Assembly (NCBI GenBank): GCA_016934595.1
Contig: JAFGSM010000151.1
Span: 1-59,686 of the forward strand
Origin: a bacterium
GTDB lineage: Bacteria; SZUA-182; DTGQ01; JAFGSM01
DNA length: 59,686 bases
Direction: 5' to 3'
Of the stretch, positions 38,201 to 45,547 are shown piece by piece. Position 1 is the first letter of the stretch. Each line of letters starts with the position of its first letter. Made by a program: the position numbers and the translations under genes. The notes under the pieces are model-generated. The model did no database searches. It was given only the letters and a program-made list of their open reading frames with translations, and was not told the DNA's origin.

Positions 38201-40069
38201 GGCAATATGTACTGTGGCACATGTCATGATGTCCATAGCTGGGCGGCAAATCCGGGTACTAAATATCTAAGAGGGCTGACTTCCCCCTATATGCCCGGAG
38301 GTTTCTGCCACGAATGTCATAGCGCCGAGCCTGCCCCCAGCGTATGCTCCCCCGCTCTGAATCACCGCCTTGCCCCTGCGCCTGAAGGATTAGTCTCTGT
38401 TGTGGAATGGTCACCCCTCCTTTACAGCAATGTGGATCCAGCAATGTCAAGAGGCAAGGGAGAAAAGGGAGGCTTCGTTGCAGTTCCGGCAGGCTTGACC
38501 CCAAATCTAGGCCAGATGACCTGCATGACCTGCCATAACATACACGCTGCGGAAACCACCTATGACGGGCATGTGGACCAGCCGCATTCGGATGAAACCG
38601 CTATCGTGGACGGAAGACGCGGCAAACTTCTAATAATAGACAACGGACATGGGCCTTCAGGGAGCGATTTGTGCCTGAACTGCCATCCGGATCACTCTCA
38701 GATAATAGGATCTCAACACGACTTCACACACAGGGGTCTGGATGGCCTGGGCGCAGGCATCGCAGATAAGGGGGTATGTTCCGCATGTCACAGGCCACAT
38801 ATAGCCCTGGATGAAAAACTTCTCTGGGCAAGACCAATGGTTGAAGAAAAGGTCATGTTCGGATCAGTACCCGGATTCGCCCTGGGATCCACAATATACT
38901 GCTATGACTGCCATTCCGGGCCATGGTGCGACATAAATCCCCTCCCCGAACTTTTTCTTCCTTTTCCGCCCCAGGATGTAGCATTTATAGACGGGCCTGG
39001 CGGGATTATTGCCGGCTATTATGAGTATCTTCCTGCCTTTGTTCAGGATATACCGCCCCACCGTATCCCTGCCGGCATGCCTACAGAGGTAAAAACATCA
39101 GGGCATTACATCCGGCAGCCCATCATAACCCCTGGGATAGCACAAAATGACAAGCTGGCCTGCAACGACTGCCATAACCCGCACCGAGGCATAACAAAGG
39201 AAGGGATCCCAAATCAGGCTTTTATCAAAAGCGTTCTCGGAGGGAAACCCATGGGACCTTACAAGGCAAGCATGAACATGACCTATCACAAGGAAATCAG
39301 AAATAACCTGGAAAGCCGTCAGGCATGTGTCGCGTGCCATGGACTTGCGGACAGGCCAAACGCCCCTGTTTATCCTCCCGCTGCATTTGTGCAGGTAAAT
39401 CCTTTATATACAAGCATTCTCCCTGTCGCAAGACCTACATCCACCGTTTACGACCATTTTGATGCCGGGCTGTATCCTTGCACAGACTGCCATAAACATA
39501 ACAGGGCCATGGTGCTTTGCATAGACTGTCACAGCTATCCTCCGGTTACCACAGGAAATGGTTGGTCAGGTACCGGGGATACGGATCAGAATTATACCGG
39601 AGGGGCGGGCGCCCATTATAAACATGTGCTTGAGCATCAGTTCCCTTGCACGATGTGCCATCTTGGCTGCCTTCATGACCCTGGAGGCGCCACTGTAGTA
39701 AACCCTGTATTCATAAGGGCAAAGGTAAGCATTGACTTTGATGCTACATATAAATTCCCCAGGACAGCTGGGGAGTACCAGACCAAAATGGGATATTATG
39801 GCCCGGATGGAAAGCCCACAATACCTCCGCTCTACGACCCTGTTAATCAGACCTGTTATGTAGGCTGTCACAACCCGCTTGTGGGAGACCCTGACGAGAC
39901 ACCCAATCTTGACAACCCCAGCCCAAGCTGGTCGCTGCAAGTCCCGCAGGCCCCCACACCTCCAAATTTCCCAGGCAGTGGTTTTGAATCCTGGATCACT
40001 GTGAGAATGCCTTATCTGGTGCCTACAGGCATCCCTGGGCAATGGATAATCCCCTGGCCTGGCATGTAA
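32234..40069 (+). CDS. Giant multihaem c-type cytochrome (about 49 CxxCH plus one CX3CH), triplicated 14-haem module
   Basis: 2611 aa. GTG start at 32234 (alternative ATG at 32252). Signal-like FALLIIIISIFVSSAYA. Manual count: 14+14+14 CxxCH in three colinear ~700-aa modules, plus 7 CxxCH and CYVGCH in a ~455-aa C-terminal region. Confidence 0.9.
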   Translation: MEYSGNMFKRLFLYHISSENILVKNFAFALLIIIISIFVSSAYADVNGPHGDPRIRSPKGICATCHIPHEAKGRKIWAISGKNNRDLYKGIRQLCQTCHDGTLFYSGSPPGSDVSDPGYETADYPPASSYSGEFGVETQGEEKLNIYASTGIYDVFGDMSAYESHVMHGAVELDPKKSQVLLDDIASVIPDVFPLDPTDEDIYPEGAPEKYRSGAPGFYCGTCHDPHKQPDGKYTGGFYLRTRKGHDVGSPWVNRKPFCVQCHGVIHAPESDCLACHHPHLGKTMIKDDEKAGRWILRNPIVQQNFSAKPNVLQINDGDGQTPSALCYGCHIGEKDNGWIEAGAVPIFGDGISNPIYTNDIGDSGKRQHHPMGNQACLDDPSKAPNGVFIRAPGLNDLRGSIPDILNKNNEITCTSCHDGIHGSGPYKDQPGAKEKSKKNNFLRWDFENDNPGFCTQCHSNMDKKDAFSAQNLDHDIKHHQTKDEAFARNVTRRTFVYDPNSGIQEIETGCGNCMFCHFIHDGEDRGETATPSLEALMRVPPVNLPWSGNDSAEDYEDLCFGCHNGEYKGKKNIVGDPETGSWLKPGLYFSHTFTGEPNISIDPNIFPVSDGDAIDVFDDYGVLERNIYCGTCHDVHSGKNWPYLRSSKSPYEAYGFCESCHDQDDFVMRSHPVDRGPNDDKSKGSMTKAAFDPVFSQGGSGRPGGILSEGKVICLTCHNTHSAVTSNEETAHGTLLVMDNFPADSPNTNGDEICMGCHDQEIFKVNGPHIDELSEKNYKGICHNCHTPHYAKTGSKIWALELKGEFGGVHELCYSCHNTSASSGIDSVFLKNRYENHVMFGGAAIIAGNCPYAPNLEKDVDTSFFPLDPNDYDTIPDKDVTYCSRSSLKYLDSRNNEGAGFYCGSCHNPHLQPDDPNSNGDYLRSRDQDSIGTPGNRKDFCKQCHGVYHFPSSDCLYCHHPHKGRTLIEENEYAGRKIISLFPLKDMIPEDFYFSALPNVPKITEDPNDPDPIPSRYCYFCHNFQMEQIAERPIPVIYGDDAGALGKEHHPMGAQASQNDPNKFISGDFIRAKGMTKSIYSSAKPILNLNKKGEITCTTCHDDLHGPGFFEDQPDSASKSEANKFLRWELNNIDGEDKPNFCIACHDDKNVFNLSEGKHLISKGEHPDERLKRGGCMFCHFIHDGEERQQEDPTAGIAIRPDVDALLRIGPVNLSWGDRTGNESIYDYEDLCFGCHSSQSIVKYKPLEHGSLLDPNHFTHPFAISSRQDIIGVGFPISDGQGTAVLDDYGTQAGQMYCGTCHDIHDNSTAPYIGSHSSPYQPNGLCEECHDKGGQFVSSSHPIGVGPNPDPSQGGRTASEFVDTYNGKGYLFSQGGSGRPGGVTYPFNTQQEKSTDGGKGKVICLTCHNVHAAATSWQGTTKTDTENQNHGKLLVKDNNAYRPLLAPGSELCKACHPFGAEQYGFPSGKHGGSFTWEQSGICSACHTPHYSKGPKLWSLPGYNAGPFKGIRQLCFICHNPDLVIATAGTKTVFKEANLGGRIPDDYYEDHVTRNWANIGNIEFYDPNVFPLDPNDHDVIPTKNQVEPDPHDGFYCGSCHNVHIQQGFDYLRSKDGNTGLPSYRKNFCIECHIDAHNQDTSDDCLKCHHPHMGATRIDDDPNGRWITKVPLARARDFMALPNVDGFTSPDVSSTCYSCHAPYLQDPNTLGWNDLGATTIYGDFIDTNSDSQARAKAFGWTPREHHPMGRQARFGQSLRAPGADRSVFNIHGELTCTSCHYENHKGERENNFLRWDFANDNSHFCMRCHTNKQEINFGPPGWGHHQTRESSPLERYVNERFEIDGEGIYKDTKVKCGNCMFCHFIHDGNDQGDASKPSIDSLMRVPPVNLMWADSWQDEDTLDYEDLCYGCHSQQDIVGGVGGFGSLIISTKGLSPDAASDPILGRRFSHRFRSAPNPSSATMIRFSSGGPFPLSDGKGENILDDYGAASGNMYCGTCHDVHSWAANPGTKYLRGLTSPYMPGGFCHECHSAEPAPSVCSPALNHRLAPAPEGLVSVVEWSPLLYSNVDPAMSRGKGEKGGFVAVPAGLTPNLGQMTCMTCHNIHAAETTYDGHVDQPHSDETAIVDGRRGKLLIIDNGHGPSGSDLCLNCHPDHSQIIGSQHDFTHRGLDGLGAGIADKGVCSACHRPHIALDEKLLWARPMVEEKVMFGSVPGFALGSTIYCYDCHSGPWCDINPLPELFLPFPPQDVAFIDGPGGIIAGYYEYLPAFVQDIPPHRIPAGMPTEVKTSGHYIRQPIITPGIAQNDKLACNDCHNPHRGITKEGIPNQAFIKSVLGGKPMGPYKASMNMTYHKEIRNNLESRQACVACHGLADRPNAPVYPPAAFVQVNPLYTSILPVARPTSTVYDHFDAGLYPCTDCHKHNRAMVLCIDCHSYPPVTTGNGWSGTGDTDQNYTGGAGAHYKHVLEHQFPCTMCHLGCLHDPGGATVVNPVFIRAKVSIDFDATYKFPRTAGEYQTKMGYYGPDGKPTIPPLYDPVNQTCYVGCHNPLVGDPDETPNLDNPSPSWSLQVPQAPTPPNFPGSGFESWITVRMPYLVPTGIPGQWIIPWPGM
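32366..34525 (+). repeat. Intragenic 14-haem module, copy 1 (aa ~45-764)
   Basis: Starts DVNGPHGDP...GICATCHIPH...KIWA and ends ...ICLTCHNTH...EICMGCHDQ. The motif order is colinear with copies 2 and 3 and with 27849-29786. Confidence 0.8.
34526..36625 (+). repeat. Intragenic 14-haem module, copy 2 (aa ~765-1464)
   Basis: Starts KVNGPHIDE...GICHNCHTPH...KIWA and ends ...ICLTCHNVH...ELCKACHPF. Same 14 CxxCH in the same order. Confidence 0.8.
36626..38701 (+). repeat. Intragenic 14-haem module, copy 3 (aa ~1465-2156)
   Basis: Starts GFPSGKHGG...GICSACHTPH...KLWS and ends ...TCMTCHNIH...DLCLNCHPD. Same 14 CxxCH in the same order. Confidence 0.8.
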
Positions 40070-40084
40070 AAAGGGAATCAAATC

Positions 40085-41701
40085 ATGGGACATAGAACAT
40101 ATATAATAAGATGCAGGAAGATGATAAAAAGGCATACAGAAGGGAAAACCTGCAATAATAAAATACAGGGCATGTCAAGATTTCCTGCACTGATATTAAC
40201 ATTGGCCTTGATAACAGGTTTGACGGGTTTACTTTTCCTTTCACAGCAAAGAAACTATAAAGCCCTGGCACAGGTGATGATGGAAAAGACATCACCTCCC
40301 ATGAGCTGCGCCGGATGCCATGATTTTCAGGCAAAGCTATTTTCTGATTATCCCTCCCATCATCCAAACTTTCTCACGTCGACCGTGCAGACAGATTTAT
40401 GGACAAAGGCAGACAACATCAAAAAAGATTGTCAGGCATGCCACATGTTCGACCCTAAAAAACATACAAAGGGCATAATATTATTAAAAGACCCTGATCC
40501 GGCAGACAGATTTGTGTACAGCGGCGATTTGATAAATAAGACAAACCTCTGTCTTTCATGTCATGACCTGCCATCAGACCCTGCAAAGCCTGCCGTATTT
40601 TTCAGCACGGGAGGTTCACCCCCTGAGATAGCATCCATGTGGATCAACAGCGTCCATGGGAAAAGCAATATTCCAAACACGCAATCCCCTATCGATTGTC
40701 TGGTATGTCATAAATATCATGGATCCGCATTCCCAGGTTTGAGAAAGCTCAAAGATGAAGATCTGTGCTTCGACTGTCATACAGAGAAACAGCAGGAGTT
40801 CGATCCTGGCTTTGCGTCCCATCACAAGATTGAGCCCATACTTTTGGGCTCCCAGTTTCAGGATGTCCTTGATTGCACTGATTGCCACAATCCGCATCTC
40901 GTGACAAAACAATATCCTATTACAAGGCCAGGCCTAAGCACAGAGCTTTATCAAGCCCTTCCTGCCAGCCTTGCCACACCAATCGTTACAGATACGGACA
41001 CAGGGGTCCTGATTTCAGGGACGCCTTATTATACAGGGCAGACAAATGAGGCAGGAACGCCGTTAAGCGTCCTTTTCTGCATGGAATGTCATGCGCCTAA
41101 TCTATTCGAGCCGCTCAGGACACCATGGCCGGGCGCGCCTAATATATCCTTCGAACTGACCTCCAGAAATTATGGCACAGGCACTGTCTCGAATTTCTAT
41201 TATGCCCATAACCATGTTCAGTCAGGATCATGCAGCACCTGCCATACCACTGGAGGAGGCGGAGGAGGCGGAGGAGGAGGCGGCGGCGGCACTACCATTA
41301 TCAACAACACTTTTAATGGACATTTTACCCACAAGGACAATGCTTCATGCACTTACTGCCATGATCCTCATGGAACAAAAGGGACATTTGCAGGATCAAC
41401 CGCCAGTGGTATCATAGGCATTCAGAGAGGGCACCTCCTGAAGGATTGGTTGCTGGTTGACTCAAGGTACGCAAATGCGCTGCCAGCATACGGAGGGTAT
41501 CTTGCCCTGCAAAACGGCGCCAAAAGCTGTCTGGCTAATGACCCTTTCAATAGCTGCCATAATGTGAAGTATATACATAAGTCAAGCGTAAAACCCCTGG
41601 ATACGCCCACCAGTTGCGATACAGAAAGTTGTCACAGCGGTTTTAATCCTGTGGCTGCAAGGACACTGGCAGACAATATAGCGCCGGAGGCCCCAAGATA
41701 A
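40085..41701 (+). CDS. Multihaem c-type cytochrome (9 CxxCH plus 2 atypical candidates) with an internal poly-Gly tract
   Basis: 538 aa, starting only 15 nt after the previous stop. Alternative starts are at 40121 and 40172 (MSRFPALILTLALITGLTGLLFLS, a signal/anchor). Sites: CAGCH, CQACH, CLSCH, CLVCH, CFDCH, CTDCH, CMECH, CSTCH, CTYCH, plus CDTESCH. Confidence 0.85.
   Translation: MGHRTYIIRCRKMIKRHTEGKTCNNKIQGMSRFPALILTLALITGLTGLLFLSQQRNYKALAQVMMEKTSPPMSCAGCHDFQAKLFSDYPSHHPNFLTSTVQTDLWTKADNIKKDCQACHMFDPKKHTKGIILLKDPDPADRFVYSGDLINKTNLCLSCHDLPSDPAKPAVFFSTGGSPPEIASMWINSVHGKSNIPNTQSPIDCLVCHKYHGSAFPGLRKLKDEDLCFDCHTEKQQEFDPGFASHHKIEPILLGSQFQDVLDCTDCHNPHLVTKQYPITRPGLSTELYQALPASLATPIVTDTDTGVLISGTPYYTGQTNEAGTPLSVLFCMECHAPNLFEPLRTPWPGAPNISFELTSRNYGTGTVSNFYYAHNHVQSGSCSTCHTTGGGGGGGGGGGGGTTIINNTFNGHFTHKDNASCTYCHDPHGTKGTFAGSTASGIIGIQRGHLLKDWLLVDSRYANALPAYGGYLALQNGAKSCLANDPFNSCHNVKYIHKSSVKPLDTPTSCDTESCHSGFNPVAARTLADNIAPEAPR
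41252..41290 (+). repeat. GGN simple-sequence tract (13 consecutive glycine codons)
   Basis: gga gga ggc gga gga ggc gga gga gga ggc ggc ggc ggc, read directly. It lies immediately after the CSTCH-TT haem site. Confidence 0.9.
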
Positions 41702-41850
41702 ATAAACACTCATGAACAAGTATTTCACCACCGAGGATGAAAAAAATAAAAAGGATAAACTGGTTGCATTTCGGATGTGAAATCTGCAAGGTTATTAACC
41801 GATATAATTAATAGGGATATATGCATAATTAGAAATATGGAGGATACAAG

Positions 41851-44800
41851 GTGATCCCCAATACTATATTCAGCGATAAAAAAAGATTCGTGTTTCAAAC
41901 CCTTTTTACAGGCATGCTTGTATTTATCTGGATATGCCTTTTTGCCGGATCAAGCCATGCAATAGAGGCAAGGGCAGGGGATGGGGAGGCGCATATCACA
42001 TGGATCGCCCCTACAAAAAACGAGGATGGAACTCCGCTTACAGATCTTAAAGGTTATTATATCTACAGAACAGAAAATCCGTCGCATCCATACAAAAGGT
42101 TAAACGAAGAGGCAGTCAAGGGTATATGCTACACAGACACAGGGCTATTAAACGGCATCACCTATTATTATGCTGTCACTGCTGTAGATTTCTTCGGTAA
42201 CGAGAGCCAAAGGTCCCCTGTCGTTTCCATTACCCCTAATATTCTTCCTCCATCCAATTTCAAGGCAAAACCAGGGGACGGGGAGATTCAGCTTCTATGG
42301 GAGCCCTATGAGAAATCGGATATAAAGGGCTATCTTATTTACCGCAGGGGGGCATTAGATACCGAATTTAAAAAGATCACTGATATTCCCGTTCCAGCAC
42401 AGCAGACACATTACATAGATTCCTCTGTGGCAAACGGGATTGCCTATTTCTACATGGCATCATGTGTAGGTATGGATGGAATGGAGGGATTGCAGTCACA
42501 GGAAGCAGGTGCTACACCTTTAGCAATTATACCAGGCGAGCTGGTCTCTGTTAAAGCCTTATATATCAGGGAACAAGAGGGTATTAGCTATGTCAAACTT
42601 ACATGGGAGGAAAGCCAGGAAGAAAATGTCACAGGTTACAATGTTTACAGACGTCTTAAAACTGAAAGGGATTTTACCAGGCTTACTCCAGATCCTATAA
42701 AGGAAACATATTACAATGACACAACAGTATCTGCAGACAAGGGGTATCTTTATTCCGTTGTAGCAGTTACCGGCGGTGGTATGGAAACCCGGTATCCGAG
42801 AGAGGCCGAATGTTTTACTTCAGAGGTATACATATCCTCATTTTCCCATGACACAGGAGGTATGGCAAAAAAGGCGGGAGATGAGATATGCTTCATGTTG
42901 AGAGGCGAACCCGGCGCTTTTTCGTCTTATAAGATAGAGGGTTTGACATCACAACTGCCTATGGAAGAGATAAACGACGGTGTTTACAAGTCGTGTTTAA
43001 AAATAACGCAGGAAATGTCCATTGATCAGGCCAAGGCCACAGGTTTCCTTGAAGATAAAAACGGGAATATGACTTCCGTTGCAGCCAATAAGCCTATTAC
43101 CATCGACAATGAGCCCCCCGGCCCGGTATATGATTCAAAGGCCATATTGGATTTAGGTATAGTAAAGATAACATGGAAGAGCCCTGATGGGGAACATAGC
43201 GGTTTTGATATCTTTCGAAAGGAACTGGTATCCACTGGAACTTTTGATAGCGACCCTGACGCTGGAGAACTGATCGCGAAGGTACAGGCAGGAAATACCT
43301 CCCATTACGATAGCGCAGTAAAGCCCGACAGGGATTATATATATACAATCTCAGCGGTCGACAGGGCAGGCAATCTGTCCACCCCTTCATCAACCCCTTC
43401 TGTTCATGTGCCATATCAGGAAGGGATACCAGTTATAGAGAAGGTTATAGACAATACCGCAGGGCTGCCACAAAAGACTGGCAATAAGATCCATGTAGAA
43501 CTGACTGGAGAAGAGGGCTGTCAGGCAGGATTTTTTATTCAGGGTGTGTTTGAGGGTACCGTCCCTATGACGGAGACAGAACCAGGAAGGTATTCAGGGG
43601 ATTATATAATAAGGCCTGAAGACACATCAGAGGAGGCATTGATACGTGGGTGCCTGCAAGACGACATGAATCATTTCAACATCCAGAACTCCCCTAACAG
43701 ATTCCCAATAAATTTCGAATCGAATGACACAACACCTCCTTTGATTTATGAGATAAGTCATAATGCCTTTGAAATATCCGGATTCTCAGGGCATCTGGTG
43801 CCGGGGAATCATCTTGACATAACACTAAGAGGTGAACCTGGCTGCAAGGCCCTTTTTGCCATTTCAAATAGTGATATTACGGCATATATGAAGGATGGCG
43901 GTTCAGTCTCCACTCCCGAGAGCTGTGTCATCTTCCATGAAATGTCAGAATCAGAGGATTATCCCGGCCAATATTCCGGCGGTTATACAATAAAATGGGA
44001 AGACGGGACTTCTGCTGAGAAGTGGTTATGGATCTGCCTGGCTGACAAGGCCGGCAATCTGGCATACAGGCAATCGGATGAGACTTTATCCATCGATGCC
44101 AGGCCAAGGATAGAGGTCATACCGGCGGACAAGGCCCTTTGGGTGGATCAGGAATCCAAAACCAGGATCACCGTCAAGGTTACAGATGCAAACGGAAACC
44201 CTGCGGAAAGGCATCTTATTGCCCTTACCCTGACCACTACGGATGAGTACACAGGTGTAGTCGGAGGGGGAGATTTCGGGAGGCGTATAGACAGTGATGA
44301 TATGGGTATAGACTTCGATCAGGAAACGGATTCCTGGGGTGAAGTTGAGATAGAATATAGCTCCGGTTTTGCGGCAAAAACCGCATTGATTGTAGCCAAA
44401 GATCTTACAACCGGACATGCCGGCGCAGGCTATATCCTGAATATACTTAAGGCCCAAACGGATATCTTCCTGTACCCTCCGGCAAGATTCTCTATAAATT
44501 CTTTATATAAGCTTATCCTTACGGCAGACCCTGGCAGGCTCACAGCTGATGGAGTAAGCACATCCATGATCACGGCGCAACTTGCAGACATCTCTGGCAA
44601 TCCAGAAAAGAAGGAGGGGCTGAAGATCAGCTTTCATCTCTCAGACGAAAACAATGGAACCCTATCATACCCTCGAGAGGTTCACACTGACAGCTATGGC
44701 CAGGCATCTATCCGTTATACCGCAGGGATCATAAGGGGAACTGTGACTATAGCGGCTTTCTGCGAATCAAACGACAGATATAATGGGGCTTGTAGCGCTG

Positions 44801-45396
44801 TAGACATCGCCTTAATGAGTGATGCCCCCGCCATATTGAAAATCCATGCAGATCCCAATTACCTTACTGCAAATGGCTCTGAGGAATCCACTGTAAAGGT
44901 ATGGGTGGCTGATATAAATAAAAACTCGGTGCAGCAGGCAGTAGTGGAATTTTATATCCTTCAGGATGGAATGGGAAGACTATCTGATATAACAAGGACA
45001 ACAGATTTCAACGGCCTTGCCAATTGCACCTACACATCGCCTGCCCTTTCAGGGTATTTGCCAGCCGTTGCCACGATTCAGGCAAAGATTACCTCGCGTG
45101 TGCCTGACGGAGAAGAAATGGCAAAGGCATTGGGTACTATATTTGTGCCTCTCATTTACACTGAGCTGAAAGCCGACGAAGAGTTAAAAATCCTGGAATG
45201 GCTCTATAAAAAAGGGGATGATATAAAGGAGGGATCGCCCATAGTCCGCATATCGACGCAAAAGGGCGATTTCTCCCTGAATGCCCCCGTCTCCGGACAA
45301 CTTATCCAAATAAAAAGGCACAGGAGAGAGGGTGTCAGACTGGGCCAAACCCTGGGGCTGATAAGGGCAGACGATGAATATCTGGAGCTTGATTAG
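41851..45396 (+). CDS. Large secreted surface protein: 4x FN3-like + 3x unassigned beta-domain + 3x Big_1-like Ig domains + C-terminal lipoyl/biotinyl-like domain
   Basis: 1181 aa. GTG start 6 nt after ggagga. Signal peptide ...FAGSSHA. FN3-like units (GDGEAHITW...YYYAVTAVDFFGNES; GDGEIQLLW...YFYMASCV; VKLTWEE...YLYSVVAV; VKITWKS...YIYTISAVDRAGN). Big_1-like units (RITVKVTDANGNP, SMITAQLADISGNP, STVKVWVADINKN). The C-terminal sequence resembles a lipoyl domain. Confidence 0.7.
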   Translation: MIPNTIFSDKKRFVFQTLFTGMLVFIWICLFAGSSHAIEARAGDGEAHITWIAPTKNEDGTPLTDLKGYYIYRTENPSHPYKRLNEEAVKGICYTDTGLLNGITYYYAVTAVDFFGNESQRSPVVSITPNILPPSNFKAKPGDGEIQLLWEPYEKSDIKGYLIYRRGALDTEFKKITDIPVPAQQTHYIDSSVANGIAYFYMASCVGMDGMEGLQSQEAGATPLAIIPGELVSVKALYIREQEGISYVKLTWEESQEENVTGYNVYRRLKTERDFTRLTPDPIKETYYNDTTVSADKGYLYSVVAVTGGGMETRYPREAECFTSEVYISSFSHDTGGMAKKAGDEICFMLRGEPGAFSSYKIEGLTSQLPMEEINDGVYKSCLKITQEMSIDQAKATGFLEDKNGNMTSVAANKPITIDNEPPGPVYDSKAILDLGIVKITWKSPDGEHSGFDIFRKELVSTGTFDSDPDAGELIAKVQAGNTSHYDSAVKPDRDYIYTISAVDRAGNLSTPSSTPSVHVPYQEGIPVIEKVIDNTAGLPQKTGNKIHVELTGEEGCQAGFFIQGVFEGTVPMTETEPGRYSGDYIIRPEDTSEEALIRGCLQDDMNHFNIQNSPNRFPINFESNDTTPPLIYEISHNAFEISGFSGHLVPGNHLDITLRGEPGCKALFAISNSDITAYMKDGGSVSTPESCVIFHEMSESEDYPGQYSGGYTIKWEDGTSAEKWLWICLADKAGNLAYRQSDETLSIDARPRIEVIPADKALWVDQESKTRITVKVTDANGNPAERHLIALTLTTTDEYTGVVGGGDFGRRIDSDDMGIDFDQETDSWGEVEIEYSSGFAAKTALIVAKDLTTGHAGAGYILNILKAQTDIFLYPPARFSINSLYKLILTADPGRLTADGVSTSMITAQLADISGNPEKKEGLKISFHLSDENNGTLSYPREVHTDSYGQASIRYTAGIIRGTVTIAAFCESNDRYNGACSAVDIALMSDAPAILKIHADPNYLTANGSEESTVKVWVADINKNSVQQAVVEFYILQDGMGRLSDITRTTDFNGLANCTYTSPALSGYLPAVATIQAKITSRVPDGEEMAKALGTIFVPLIYTELKADEELKILEWLYKKGDDIKEGSPIVRISTQKGDFSLNAPVSGQLIQIKRHRREGVRLGQTLGLIRADDEYLELD

Positions 45397-45432
45397 TATA
45401 TATTCGATAGCAATTTGCCCGGCAAAACCTCA

Positions 45433-45449
45433 TGCCGCCTTTTGTCGCC
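45433..45449 (+). promoter_or_regulatory. Candidate enhancer (UAS) motif tgccgccttttgtcgcc
   Basis: About 100 nt upstream of the sigma-54 element at 45548. It resembles the two direct repeats at 52468-52504 (tgcgcctatttttgtcg and tgcgccctttttgtcg). Confidence 0.35.
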
Positions 45450-45547
45450 ACGAAGGATAAAAATAGAATCTATTTTCAATACAAGCCGCAATAATAATCT
45501 TAGGTCAGAAACGTCTAATGTATGGTATAATTGTATATAAATATAAT

